NCBI GenBank assembly: GCA_002633005.1
Contig: NMRA01001010.1
Coordinates: 1-63,851 of the forward strand
Reading direction: 5' to 3'
DNA from: Phoronis australis
Lineage: Eukaryota; Animalia; Phoronida
DNA: 63,851 nucleotides
Shown here in pieces: positions 51,862 through 63,851 of this stretch (position 1 is the first letter of the stretch; every line of letters begins with the position of its first letter). The notes under the pieces are model-generated. The model worked only from the letters and a program-made list of their open reading frames with translations. It was not told the origin of the DNA and searched no databases. The translations under genes and the position numbers were made by a program.

Positions 51862-54446
51862 TTAATAAAGCATAAAAATATTTCCAGGTGATCAGTGCAA
51901 TGGGCCCACATGCGAGGCCTGCGCTCATCTGGTACAACGTGTATCAGACCGCCTGAAATTATTTTTTAAAAACGTGCAATTCACAGAGGTGTCCTTTTTT
52001 GGTCTGCCCGCTTTTTTGTTACCAAAGGGTCCACAAAGTCAAGAATTCGAGCACCCATATTGAAGGCTGGGTGCGCGCATGTTTTGTCAGTGTTTGAGTT
52101 GAAATCTAAATCTAAGTTAATGAGGTTTTCTTTGACTTCGTTGATTAATATCTGTGCAGGAAACTCAAGAGTTTGTGGCTGATGCAAGTTCGGACGCTTC
52201 AAATGCTCCTTGTGCGTATTTCCTATCATTATTAGGTACAAAATATTCAGAAATTAATCATAAAATTGACAAAAACAGTGTTTACAGTAGTTACAGTTTT
52301 GCTTTTGGGCTGACGTATATATTACTAATGAAACAAAAATTTTCAAAGAAGCGATAGCTCATTCAATCACAAGGAAAAAATGGAGGCGTTCAGGACAAGT
52401 TCCTGAACTGATGAGCCGGAAATGTGGGTATGGAAATAACCGATGACAACCGGTAATCATACGCTCAGAGAGAAGGGTCAAATACGTTTCAAAAATCACT
52501 TTTGGCAAGAAAGGCGAAAAGAATATAACGAAAGGTTGTCGAAAATAAGATTTTATGTAGTAAGTATTTTCGGATACTGGAACCACATAGGCCGTTTGAG
52601 AGCAGGACTTTAATTGAAAATACTACGGATTGTTGTAAATTCTTTGCTGAAGTAAAGACTTACCTTCACAGAATTGTTCTGTTACTAAATCTGGTCACCG
52701 AAAGCCACATTTATGTTCCGACTGATCTTTAAAAAACACAACTAGCAAACCTTCGGAGAACCTAAATATCAGACACCATGTTTCCCCATACGCCACACCA
52801 CGGAAATCTGACTAACCACGTAATGGCCGCCGGCACCTTGTTGCCAAATCTCAGCTCGAGTGTTTTGACATATATGCTGCTAGTACACTGGTCCATTCAC
52901 AACAAAATTATCCATAAAATGAAATCTGATGATGGTGCAAAGTCCTTTCGATGAACCAGTGCAGACATAGATTATAGACAACAGATTCGAAACTCAGGCA
53001 TTTTCATACGTGTTGAGCTGAACTCTCCTGACCTTTCTGGTACAGTTTCCGGTTAGTGTATTTTGACGTGAAATACTTGCATCTACTTTACTGTCCAAAA
53101 CAAAGAAAAAATATTAATTTCGGCATTGAAACGCTTTTCAAAGTCTTTCAATAGTAGAAGTGTTGGTATTGTGAGTACTTTTGGCAATGTTACTGGTAAT
53201 TAATTACAAAATTCAAACTTCGGTGCCGACTGATTATGTCGTCTGCTTGCCCAATAGCAGTATAGTTATCGGATAGTTTGTGATTTATGGTTCACATGGG
53301 CCTACTGAGAAAACTACGAAAGCATGTTTGTGCACAAATTCCAACTTAGGAGTACCTGTGAATGCAAAAGATACTTAGCCTATATAACGTTTTTGGTTTA
53401 GAAAAATATTAATTTTGTTCGAATTAAAAAATGCGCCTCTGCAACGATTTGACTAGTTGAACCTTTGCATGTTTATAGTTCAACATTCTCAAGTGAGCAG
53501 TTCTTCTGGGAAGAGTTGAGTGNNNNNNNNNNNNNNNNNNNNNNNNNNNNNNNNNNNNNNNNNNNNNNNNNNNNNNNNNNNNNNNNNNNNNNNNNNNNNN
53601 NNNNNNNNNNNNNNNNNNNNNNNNNNNNNNNNNNNNNNNNNNNNNNNNNNNNNNNNNNNNNNNNNNNNNNNNNNNNNNNNNNNNNNNNNNNNNNNNNNNN
53701 NNNNNNNNNNNNNNNNNNNNNNNNNNNNNNNNNNNNNNNNNNNNNNNNNNNNNNNNNNNNNNNNNNNNNNNNNNNNNNNNNNNNNNNNNNNNNNNNNNNN
53801 NNNNNNNNNNNNNNNNNNNNNNNNNNNNNNNNNNNNNNNNNNNNNNNNNNNNNNNNNNNNNNNNNNNNNNNNNNNNNNNNNNNNNNNNNNNNNNNNNNNN
53901 NNNNNNNNNNNNNNNNNNNNNNNNNNNNNNNNNNNNNNNNNNNNNNNNNNNNNNNNNNNNNNNNNNNNNNNNNNNNNNNNNNNNNNNNNNNNNNNNNNNN
54001 NNNNNNNNNNNNNNNNNNNNNNNNNNNNNNNNNNNNNNNNNNNNNNNNNNNNNNNNNNNNNNNNNNNNNNNNNNNNNNNNNNNNNNNNNNNNNNNNNNNN
54101 NNNNNNNNNNNNNNNNNNNNNNNNNNNNNNNNNNNNNNNNNNNNNNNNNNNNNNNNNNNNNNNNNNNNNNNNNNNNNNNNNNNNNNNNNNNNNNNNNNNN
54201 NNNNNNNNNNNNNNNNNNNNNNNNNNNNNNNNNNNNNNNNNNNNNNNNNNNNNNNNNNNNNNNNNNNNNNNNNNNNNNNNNNNNNNNNNNNNNNNNNNNN
54301 NNNNNNNNNNNNNNNNNNNNNNNNNNNNNNNNGACCTTTTGCTAACAAAAGAAAGGGCCGACTAAAAAAACAAAAAAACGGGAGCACCACTGTGAATTGC
54401 ACGTTTAAACCAGGAGCTGCATTGGGTGCAACTTGTGTAGACGTTT

Positions 54447-54602
54447 CATGCGCGCACCCAGCCTCTAATTTCGGGGGGGCTCGAATCTCTGGCAAAGTGG
54501 AAATTTTGGTAACAAAAAAGCGTGAGAACTAAAATAAAAAACGGTGTACTGTGGTAGACTTTCGTCTTTTTCTCTCGGACTAATCCCCTGGGTGCGCGCA
54601 TG
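54447..54602. mobile_element. MITE with CATGCGCGCACCCAG TIRs (hAT-like)
   Basis: Perfect 15-bp TIR pair. The same end occurs at ~48738, ~50362, ~52070 and 63421. Confidence 0.7.
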
Positions 54603-54728
54603 AGTTTGTCTGCGTTGCCACTTTTTATAAAGGCGGGCCTGTCTGTAGCCAACTACGGTAAATTCATTAAAGGTTACGTGCGAGGTTGCGTTAGCAGAAC
54701 CGATCCAACGTTTCAAAAGGACCATAAT

Positions 54729-55531
54729 TAGTATCCGTTACGCACGGCCCTTTTTGTTACATTAGGAGTAGGATTGGTTCATATTATGTAGAGGTGGTGA
54801 AGGACTTTACAAAACCTGTATGTAACCTGCTGTTGAATTGAGAGATAGATTCTGACTGGTCCAGGTGGTTATTTCTTAAGTGTAAAAAACTATTTATTTG
54901 TACACGAATCAGTGTGAATTTGTTGAAATCGTTGTTCCAAATCCTGGCCAAATATGCGTATTCTGCTGAGACCAACCGTCTGATCAGGGCCAGCGAAGAG
55001 TAATTTGGTTAATTCGCTCACTAGACTATGGCTGAAGTTCCTAGTAAGGACAAGAGTTTGCGAATCATTATCTTTGGAAGAAATTTAGCGGACAATTTTC
55101 GTCAAAAAGTTTACCAGATAGTTTTCATAAAAACGGAGAAAACAAAAATGGATTTGTGAAGACAGGGTTAAGTAGTAGAGTCTCTTAAAAACATTCATCT
55201 TCGAAGTGCCTTAAACAAATGTATAAAGTCTTATTGTTGAAACAACTGCCATTCACGTTGACACCAGAAGTAAGCTTTTCTTCCCACAAACGATTATGGG
55301 GTCTTCGGATGGTATGAAAGCTAATTCCTTTTCATTTCGCGTGTGTGGCCGAACAACCGGTCACACAGTAGCCGACCATGATTAGCAGACGACGTACTTG
55401 CCGGAAATTGCACCAGAAAATTAAGTCACGTGTCGCCAGTGAATAATGACGTAAAGGCTTATGCGTAAGAACACAGATTTCGTCCATTGAAAGTATACGG
55501 AGTTGGCGGTCCATGTGCTATAGTCTATGGT
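54729..55531 (-). repeat. Left arm of inverted repeat, containing a THAP pseudo-ORF
   Basis: Reverse complement of 56951-58031. From 55379 (-): MVGYCVTGCSATHAK*KGISFHTIRRP..W...LYICLRHFEDECF. Confidence 0.85.
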
Positions 55532-56533
55532 GCAGACGACTAAAGCACGTGCAAACTCACTGCAGTTTTTAGTATCTCGATGATTCTTGATATGACACCC
55601 GCACGTGCGCGGTTGGGGTTTCACTTGAATTCAAAAACAAATGAAAAAATGGAACAGTGACATATTGTCAGTTCAATGAGATGATTTCATTGTGGAAAAA
55701 GATTTTGTTTTCAACTTTTATAACCGATTTATGCAATCGTCCATTTTAGGCCGACTTGGGGATCTAAATTGCACCCTCTCTAGGTGTGTATGTCAGAAGT
55801 GATCGCCGCCGCAGCTTCGCCACTGCCCGTCACTGGTTATGGTGAGCTGGGGAAGATGTTATTTTTCAAACTGCAACCACTGGACGCACCTGAGATTTTG
55901 TTGTGATGTTAATGCTTTGAGGCGCCATGACAATTTTTTCTGTCCTTGCCATAATATTTCATGTCGCCAAACCCAGCATCCAGAAGAATAGATATTACAC
56001 CAAGAAAACTGTTAAACTGTTAGAAACTTACTAGAGTGACTAATAAGTATTAATAGTATTAAGAACAAAAATGTTAGATTACTGTAAGCTTTATAATGTT
56101 GTTGTTTATATTTAATTGTAGTTCTCATCTTCATGTTCTAATCACTTTTACTGTTTAAATGCAAAAATTAATTATTTCCCAAAAAGGGAAATTCTGATCC
56201 AATGAAATCGAGCTTATGTCAATAAAAACAGGCTGTTGCAACTTTCATTACTTCGTTGGCCTTTTTCTGCATGTTTCTCACTATTTACAAAATGGGGCAG
56301 CATATGACGACCTTAGTAGTAACAAAAAAGGCTTCCGAAGGCAACGCACATTTGAAATAATTTAGCCCTAATTAAAGAAAACTTCCGAATCGATGAATGC
56401 GGTATATCTGTGAGAGTTGAATCGAATCCTATTCAGATCATAACTTTGAAGTGGAATAATTCGGTGAATACAACAGCAAGTCGGTTTCATGCTTAGGCGG
56501 ACGACCATTGGGTTCTCGATTGTACACTATGTG

Positions 56534-56897
56534 TATGGTAGCAAGTGCTTTGTCCCTTCTTACATTGAATTTCTCGAGTCTTGAAGCATCATCTCCCGAA
56601 GGAGGAACTTCCTTATACGAGACAATGTTCCACAGGCCATCTTTCATCAGTGCCATTTGACACTGAACCTTCCACGTTTCATAGATTTTACCAACCAGCG
56701 GTGAAATTACCGAAATCACTGATTTTTCCGCCATCTTTGATTTTTCACGTTCAACAGTTGTCCGTTTCTCAAGTCAAGTCCAAAACAACGACACAACGTC
56801 ACAAATCAACATCTTGATTAATGGCACAAAAAATCGTCCAAATTTCATTCAATTCCTCTACAAAGTCACAATAGCGTCCTGGGACCATAAACTGTTG
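56534..56897 (-). mobile_element. Copia 5' fragment: LTR end, PBS and gag N-terminus
   Basis: Minus strand CAACA then GTTTATGGTCCCAGG (near the Copia PBS GGTTATGGGCCCAG). ORF from 56734: MAEK...YETWKVQCQMALMKDGLWNIV...RRDKALATI. Confidence 0.85.
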
Positions 56898-56950
56898 AAA
56901 TATATCACTTTTTGGTTGCAAAAATGAAACCACAACACATCGTGAGAATG

Positions 56951-58031
56951 ACCACAGACTATAGTACATGGACCGCCAACTCCGTATACTTTCAATGGAC
57001 GAAATTTGTGAGCTTACGCACAAGCCCTAACGTCATTATTCACTGGCGACACCTGGCTGAATTTTCTGGTGCAATTTCCGGCAAGTACGTCGTCTGCTAA
57101 TCATGGTCGGCTACTGTGTGACCGGTTGTTCGGCCACACACGCGAAATGCAAAGGAATTAGCTTCCATACCATCCGAAGACCCCATAATCGGCTGTGGGA
57201 AGAAAACCTTACTTCTTGTGTCAACGTGAATGGCAGTTGTTTCAGCAATAAGACTTTATACATTTGTTCAATAGTTCAAGGCACTTCGAAGATGAACGTC
57301 TTTAAGAGGCTCTACTACTTAATCCTGTCTTCACCAATCCATTTTTGTTTTCTCCTTTTTGATGAAAACTATCTGGTAAAATGTTGACGAAAATTATCCG
57401 CTAACTTTCTTCCAAAGGTAGTGACTCGTAAACTCTTCTCCTTGCGAGGAAGTTCAGCCATAGCCTAGTGAGCGAATTAACCAAACTACTCTTCGCTTCT
57501 TCAGACGGTTGGTCTCAGCAGAATGAGCAAATTTGGCCAGGATTTGGATCAGCGATTTCAACAAATTCACATTCGTGTACAAATAAACAGAACGCTGGTA
57601 AAACGTTTAACATCAATAAAGATTACATTAATACTTCATAAATAACCACCCGGGCCAGTCAAAATCTATCTCGCAATTCAACAGCATGTTACACACTCAT
57701 TTAATGTCGAATATATGCCGCACACAATCTCTCGACTGCAGTCTATGAAAATGCAACCAACTTCTTTGAAAACATGGAACAGGAACACCAGAGGGGTGTA
57801 AAGGTTGTTTTTATTCTTCAATGTTAAATTTTTTTGTAAGCGGACATATGGTTTTTTAAATTTCCGCCTTAAGTCCTAACATTTCTAAACTTAAGCCTTT
57901 CAAACGAACGTTTATGACGAAAACAAAATTCTTCAACCAGTTTTGTAAAGTCCTATGCCACCTGTAGGGTACATAATGAGCCAAAACCCACTCCTAATGT
58001 AACAAAAGGGTCCCGTGCATAAAGGATACTA
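56951..58031 (+). repeat. Right arm of inverted repeat, containing a THAP pseudo-ORF at 57103
   Basis: MVGYCVTGCSATHAKCKGISFHTIRRP...LYICS (frameshift) RHF. It carries a ~250-bp insertion relative to the left arm. Confidence 0.85.
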
Positions 58032-58842
58032 AGTATTGCCCTTCTGAAATATTACTGTATGCGCCCTAATAAGCGGCCAGGGTGCTTAGAAAAATCCGCT
58101 TCAGGAAGGGGGCGCTTATTATAGCCCAAAAGTGGTTGAAACCCGGTCTCCGAAACAGGTGAAATCTTAAGCTAGAATTCATCAAAGTTACGCTCTGTGA
58201 CGCATCTGNNNNNNNNNNNNNNNNNNNNNNNNNNNNNNNNNNNNNNNNNNNNNNNNNNNNNNNNNNNNNNNNNNNNNNNNNNNNNNNNNNNNNNNNNNNN
58301 NNNNNNNNNNNNNNNNNNNNNNNNNNNNNNNNNNNNNNNNNNNNNNNNNNNNNNNNNNNNNNNNNNNNNNNNNNNNNNNNNNNNNNNNNNNNNNNNNNNN
58401 NNNNNNNNNNNNNNNNNNNNNNNNNNNNNNNNNNNNNNNNNNNNNNNNNNNNNNNNNNNNNNNNNNNNNNNCACGAAGGCGATGATTTTCAAAATTTGAT
58501 TCGTTTTCGTAGTATGTCTTTTTTCCCTATGGTTCAGGGCTACTTCTGAATCCAGGAACAAGAACTGAAAAAGGCAGGGTTCGTGATAACGTTGGATAAC
58601 GGTAACATTTATATAAGGTGTTACAACTGTCATCGATATTGTCATCTCCTCTGTTTTCATCCAACCTTCCCAGATGAAAACTTGAATGAAGAGGACCTTC
58701 AGTACTAAGTTGAGTGAGCATGGTATACTGTGTGATTTATGTTGAATTATTCAACGGTTCTTTTAAGAACCATTTCACGCTATAGCTACAACCAACGGCC
58801 CTTTTCGGGCCACTCAACACTTCCCAGAAGAACTGCTCACTT

Positions 58843-60817
58843 GAGGGCTCAACATTAACTTTTTAAGGCACTTACCCTTCGGGCAAGTGGCTTAAAATTT
58901 TACTTGCCCGAACAACAAATTCACTTGCCCCAAGTACAATCCCAAATAGCACCGTGGATGTGCACACCTAGGTAATGTGTTACCGTAGGGCTGCCTGTGC
59001 TGAGCCTCCTCTTGTTTGCTATATACATGAGTTGCTATTTTTTTAACGATTCTTCTTCATAGACGGATTTAGGGCCAATTTCAAGTGACAAATTTGGAAC
59101 ACGGCGCAATCGTAACGGAACTATGGCTAAGTATAGGCTCTCCCGCGATATCTCAGACGACCGGCAGTGGCGCTGCGCACTACAACTCCGTTTCCGTCGT
59201 CTTGCTTCACTGTGCAATGAAGAAAATTACTTCATTTTTAAAGAAAATGGAATCTGAGTGAGGATGAAAAAACAGAAGCTGTTGGTAAGATGTGACTTTT
59301 AATCGAAGCCTTAGTGAATAACTCAGAAACTCATAATTCTCTCTTTGTCAAACTTTAACTTAAGACGATATCCAAAGGCAATCGCCTCACTAATGCAAAC
59401 ACAAAAAAACGGATTTGGTCTTTTGGGCAATTGAAGACTACAACAAATTTGTTATGAACTGATTGCACAAAATATGAAAAGTGTAATAAATATTACAAAA
59501 AGAAGTAGGTTTCGTGCGCAAACGCTGTGGACCATAGACAAGTAGGTCTCTTAGAATCAAAGTGCGAGTGAAGTCCTGGTGGTGCAGTGGTAAAGCATGC
59601 GCGTTCCATCCGCCAGGTCGTGAGTTCGAGTCTGATAATTGCAGTCCCCCCATTTTTTCCTTTGCCTNCCAAGATCCGCCACTGTTCTTATAGAACATTT
59701 ATTTATAAGGTGTGTCAAAACACTAGAGAGACAAATTAGAAGAGTAATCTTAACCATTGTCTCACGTTCACAGGCGCCGAAATGAGCTAGGACATGAACT
59801 CTAGTCACTTCTGTGTATTCATTAGTTTATACGCCCTCATGCATTAAACTTGAGTTGTTGCTTAACCTGAATTTGAATTTTTGCTATCCGTAAAAATCTT
59901 ACACCGTTTTGGTCATCGGTACCTTGTATTAAATTAAAATCAAATTTTAACATTTAATAACGCCACATATACTTTTATTTTCAATAAATAATTACATTTT
60001 TGAAAAATAGATAGACCGCGAAAAAGTCACAATTCAGAGCGACAATCCTTAAGACCGTATTCCTCTTCATTCGAGAGTCGAGCCGGGAATTCAAAAAAAT
60101 TTCCTTTGGAATTCCCCCTGAATAAATACCAGGCCTTTAAAACTGCTGCGTAGTGTAGAAAATATTATGTGGTCAATCATTCACTTTTTAGCTTTTGCGC
60201 TTATCTGTATGACTTACATCCCCCGACGAACGCGGTGCTTCCAGCTGTACATGGGTAAACGCCGGCAAAAATCACACGTCAACCCTTGTTCACTGTCTCG
60301 CAGGCCAGGAAACCTAATTTCCCATGACGGAACCCATCCCCGCACTCTTTTCGTTTCATATTGTTGCTTTGATTCTTCCTGAACTCGTTTCTTAGCAACT
60401 AAACTAATGCCGTCCACGCCTGGACGGCTTCCTTGTTTGGATGTTTTGCCCGAGTGCAGACGAGTAGTATCACGTGACAACTTATTCAGAAGCTGCAGGG
60501 CACGTTCAGGGAATCGAAAGGATTTGACCGCAGGCGTCATCTGTGCACGCTGCATCACACTCGTTCTATTTTCATTTCGGTGCTCATTCGAAGACGGAGT
60601 TTCTTTGACGGACACAGGGGCTTTTTCGACGGTTTTTAGGCTTGTGTCGGGGTTCGTTACTTTGGAGCAAATGTCGAGCAGACAATTTTAGGATCTACTT
60701 GCCTATGCGGCCAGCTTTTTAACTTGCCCATCGGGCAAGTACTTTTCAAATTCCACTTGCCCGACGCAAAATCTACATGTACACGGGCAATCGGGCAACC
60801 GTTAGGGTTGAGCCCTG
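58843..60817 (-). mobile_element. hAT-family deletion derivative with N-terminal TTF-type zinc-finger fragment
   Basis: TIRs gAGGGCTCAAC / GTTGAGCCCTG, with subterminal CTTGCCCG/CGGGCAAG repeats at both ends. The 60214-60615 (-) ORF has KRVRGWVPSWEIRFPGL...GLTCDFC. Confidence 0.75.
59573..59645 (+). pseudogene. tRNA-like sequence (SINE head or tRNA pseudogene)
   Basis: A box TGGTGCAGTGG and B box GAGTTCGAGTC; acceptor and T stems do not pair properly. Confidence 0.5.
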
Positions 60818-61199
60818 TTTTCGTAGTTTTCTCAGTAGGCCTACATGTATGTGAACCATAAATCAAAAACTGTCCGAAAACTATGCTGCTATTGGGCAAG
60901 CAGACGACATAATCAGTCGGCACCGAAGTTTGAATTTTGTAATTAATTACCAGTAGCCATGCCAAAAGTACTCACAATACCAACACTTCTACTATTGAAA
61001 GACGTTTCAATGCCGAAATTAATATTTTTTTCGTTGTTTTGCACAGTAAAGTAGACGCAAGTATTTCTCGTCAAAATACACTAACCGGAAACTGCAACAG
61101 AAAGGTCAGGAGAGTTCAGCTCAGCACCTAAGGATATGCCGGAGTTGCGAATCTGTTGTCTATAATCTACATGTATGGAATGACTTAATCTATTGTGAA

Positions 61200-61860
61200 A
61201 AGAGACTGAGTACAATGAAATAACTAATCGTAATAATGCGGTCGATGTAACGTAGAAGGAACTTAATAAACTAATGAATGATTTTCAACAATCATTATGG
61301 TTGATGACTGCGTAAGAGGATTTTTGCTGACTGTCGCGTATTTTATTGAGTGATGTTCCAGTATTCTTTGGAGTTCTTGCTTATACTGTTAATTTGAGAA
61401 AAAGCTTGTGGCGGTGATCAGCTTTGTCTTGATTTACTTAAGTCTCTGCCAGGCGTGTCTGCTTGTATCTGCTGTAGATTACAAATAACGTAGAAAATAA
61501 ATCTGAAACTAAATAAGGCGATCCAGATCCTCCCAAGAATACTATTGTTTCACGAAATGTAGAATATAAATCGGTAAATAAAACAACAAGAGTGGATCAA
61601 CTGAAATTTGAAATTTTCGGATGTAATAACTTCCTTTGTCAACAGAAACAGAAACAGAAACAGAAATAAAGTAAAATCAAACACTATAAGACAATTGATA
61701 TATAATATATGGTGTAGATTACAGTGTTGTTAGATGTTCTGAAAGAGCTGTGAAGTCTATTTCAATCTTTTCTTGAGCCCGTTTAATATTATTGTTGAAC
61801 CACGGTTTGCTGTTGTGTTTAGTTATGTTTTCAGTTGATGGGGTGTTGTAGAATTCAAAT
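61200..61860 (-). mobile_element. Highly decayed LINE ORF2 internal fragment
   Basis: Minus strand SKPWFNNNIKR (~61785-61815) parallels [10 protein letters not shown] in the 28.8-kb LINE, with a DKA motif near 61425. Boundaries are approximate. Confidence 0.5.
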
Positions 61861-63420
61861 TAATCCGGCGTTTTTTCTTGCGGTCGAAAATTGGGGAAAC
61901 TATATAGCAAAAATTTCCGGTGAAATTCCAAATATATTTAGTAGTTATTTCCACCAGGTTTCTTTTTCGATTTCACCATGATTTCTCTGAAGAAAAATAA
62001 TATTGTGAGCATAGGCCTACGCTGTGACATCAGCACATTCAAATTATAAGTTGAAATTGTGTCGGAAGTCACCCGTGTTTAACTTGCCACCAGAATATTA
62101 TGCATTGGATTAGATTCTAACACAACAGTATACGTCAACTGGTTAATTTGCATGTTAAACGTCTGAGATCGACACAAGCAAAAAGCCGTCAGGAAGGTCT
62201 AAGCTACTGAGGTACAGGCAAAATACCAAACAAAAAACGACAGACAAAACAAACACCACGATTATGTTGCCGTCTTGACACGACAAAATTCGTCATTTTT
62301 ATCACTATTGTTCTTCATTTGAAGACAAAGACAATTTACACAAAGCGTTCGAAACTTAGCTCGTAGCCGACGCGGCTAGCTGCACTGACGCCGATTACTG
62401 AAACCTCCAGGAAAGTCTAAACGATTGGGTTGGGAACAAAATATTGAACGAAAAGAACAAAGTTAGCGCTGCGAATAGGTTGTCATATTTAAACTATCGT
62501 TCGATGTGAAAGACCAATTGCACAAGGCATTTTATACTTTGAAGTCAAGAAAATACGCCTTCCCCGTCATAGTACAACCCATCGACATGTTGACTGCACA
62601 CTATTTTCATTGCGTGCCTCCAAAGTGTACCCAAAGCCGTTCTGCTCGACGATCCCGTGCAGGGTTTGTAAGTACACCCTTTCCCGATGTTGATTTCAAN
62701 NNNNNNNNNNNNNNNNNNNNNNNNNNNNNNNNNNNNNNNNNNNNNNNNNNNNNNNNNNNNNNNNNNNNNNNNNNNNNNNNNNNNNNNNNNNNNNNNNNNN
62801 NNNNNNNNNNNNNNNNNNNNNNNNNNNNNNNNNNNNNNNNNNNNNNNNNNNNNNNNNNNNNNNNNNNNNNNNNNNNNNNNNNNNNNNNNNNNNNNNNNNN
62901 NNNNNNNNNNNNNNNNNNNNNNNNNNNNNNNNNNNNNNNNNNNNNNNNNNNNNNNNNNNNNNNNNNNNNNNNNNNNNNNNNNNNNNNNNNNNNNNNNNNN
63001 NNNNNNNNNNNNNNNNNNNNNNNNNNNNNNNNNNNNNNNNNNNNNNNNNNNNNNNNNNNNNNNNNNNNNNNNNNNNNNNNNNNNNNNNNNNNNNNNNNNN
63101 NNNNNNNNNNNNNNNNNNNNNNNNNNNNNNNNNATCCGAGATCTACACCGCTGTTCGGAAGGGTGCTTTACCTAACACGATTGTTTTACTTAGTTACTGC
63201 ATTATAAATCGACATTGATGCCTAACGTCGTCAATGTTTCTAATTTGTGACGTTCGTTGGGCAAACTGCTTTGTTTTTACTGTCCCGGCAGCCGATCAGC
63301 TGCTCAGGTTGTGGTTAGGTGGTGTTGCTTACGATGTCAATAGCGGACCAGTCTACTAAGACTCGTCGAGAGGATAAAAGAGGGTTCTGATGCGGGCACA
63401 TAATATGGGGGCATAAAATG

Positions 63421-63605
63421 CATGCGCGCACCCAGGGGCGAAATGGGCAAAAAGGTCCGCCCCTGAGAGGCAAAAAGTCAGACAAAATGGAGCAAAAGTC
63501 CCTAAATAAGCGCAAACGCGCAATTCGCAGTGGTGCTCTCGTTTTTTTAGGTCCTCAACGTCAGAAATTCGAGCCCCCCCATGGTGAAGGCTGGGTGTGC
63601 GCATG
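63421..63605. mobile_element. MITE with CATGCGCGCACCCAG TIRs
   Basis: catgcgcgcacccag ... ctgggtgtgcgcatg. Confidence 0.7.
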
Positions 63606-63851
63606 GTTGTGTGGAATAAAACGAAACAAAGAAATGTTGCACAAAAGTACAGTGTATTTAACATTTCTAAAAGGCAGTTGGCTCATTTTAGCCTGTATGG
63701 ATGTCTACGCACTAGGAACTGCTTTCCAACACCATTGCCAGCTGCATCAGTGTTGAAGACTGTTGCTTGAATGATCTGTATTCAGACTGGAGTAGCTCAA
63801 ACCTGTTTTAAGAAGGCTATGCAAAAACAACACAGGCCTCACAGAGAGATG

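Noticed and set aside
53465-54532. Long ORFs of 100-355 aa here and at 7037-7393, 32359-33057, 58172-58660 and 62506-63207
   Set aside because: They are open only because they run through N gaps.
59573-59645. Functional tRNA gene (also 48811-48890)
   Set aside because: A and B boxes are present but the cloverleaf stems do not pair, so it is treated as a SINE or pseudogene.

Overview
This is eukaryotic (animal, probably invertebrate) AT-rich genomic scaffold, not prokaryotic DNA, so most short ORFs in the track are noise or single exons. N gaps lie at 7173-7293, 32421-32889, 53523-54331, 58209-58471 and 62700-63133. The main content is one 5'-incomplete, 14-exon + strand gene (9538-34983) that I reconstructed by hand from GT-AG sites with fully consistent intron phases (2531 nt, about 840 aa). 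It encodes a type-I membrane protein: a Cys-rich domain, three tandem copies of a four-exon ~230-aa helical module, a transmembrane helix and an NPxY tail. I cannot assign it to a known gene. The rest is a dense nest of transposon relics: a Gypsy remnant, a 7.1-kb TA-flanked TIR element, CR1/L2-group LINEs, a Copia element split exactly at a TA by ~14.9 kb, an intron-rich Kolobok-type transposase pseudogene, TTAA-flanked THAP-carrying elements, a hAT derivative, MITEs, tRNA-derived SINEs and a multi-kb inverted duplication. Family assignments come from recalled motifs only; no searches were run.
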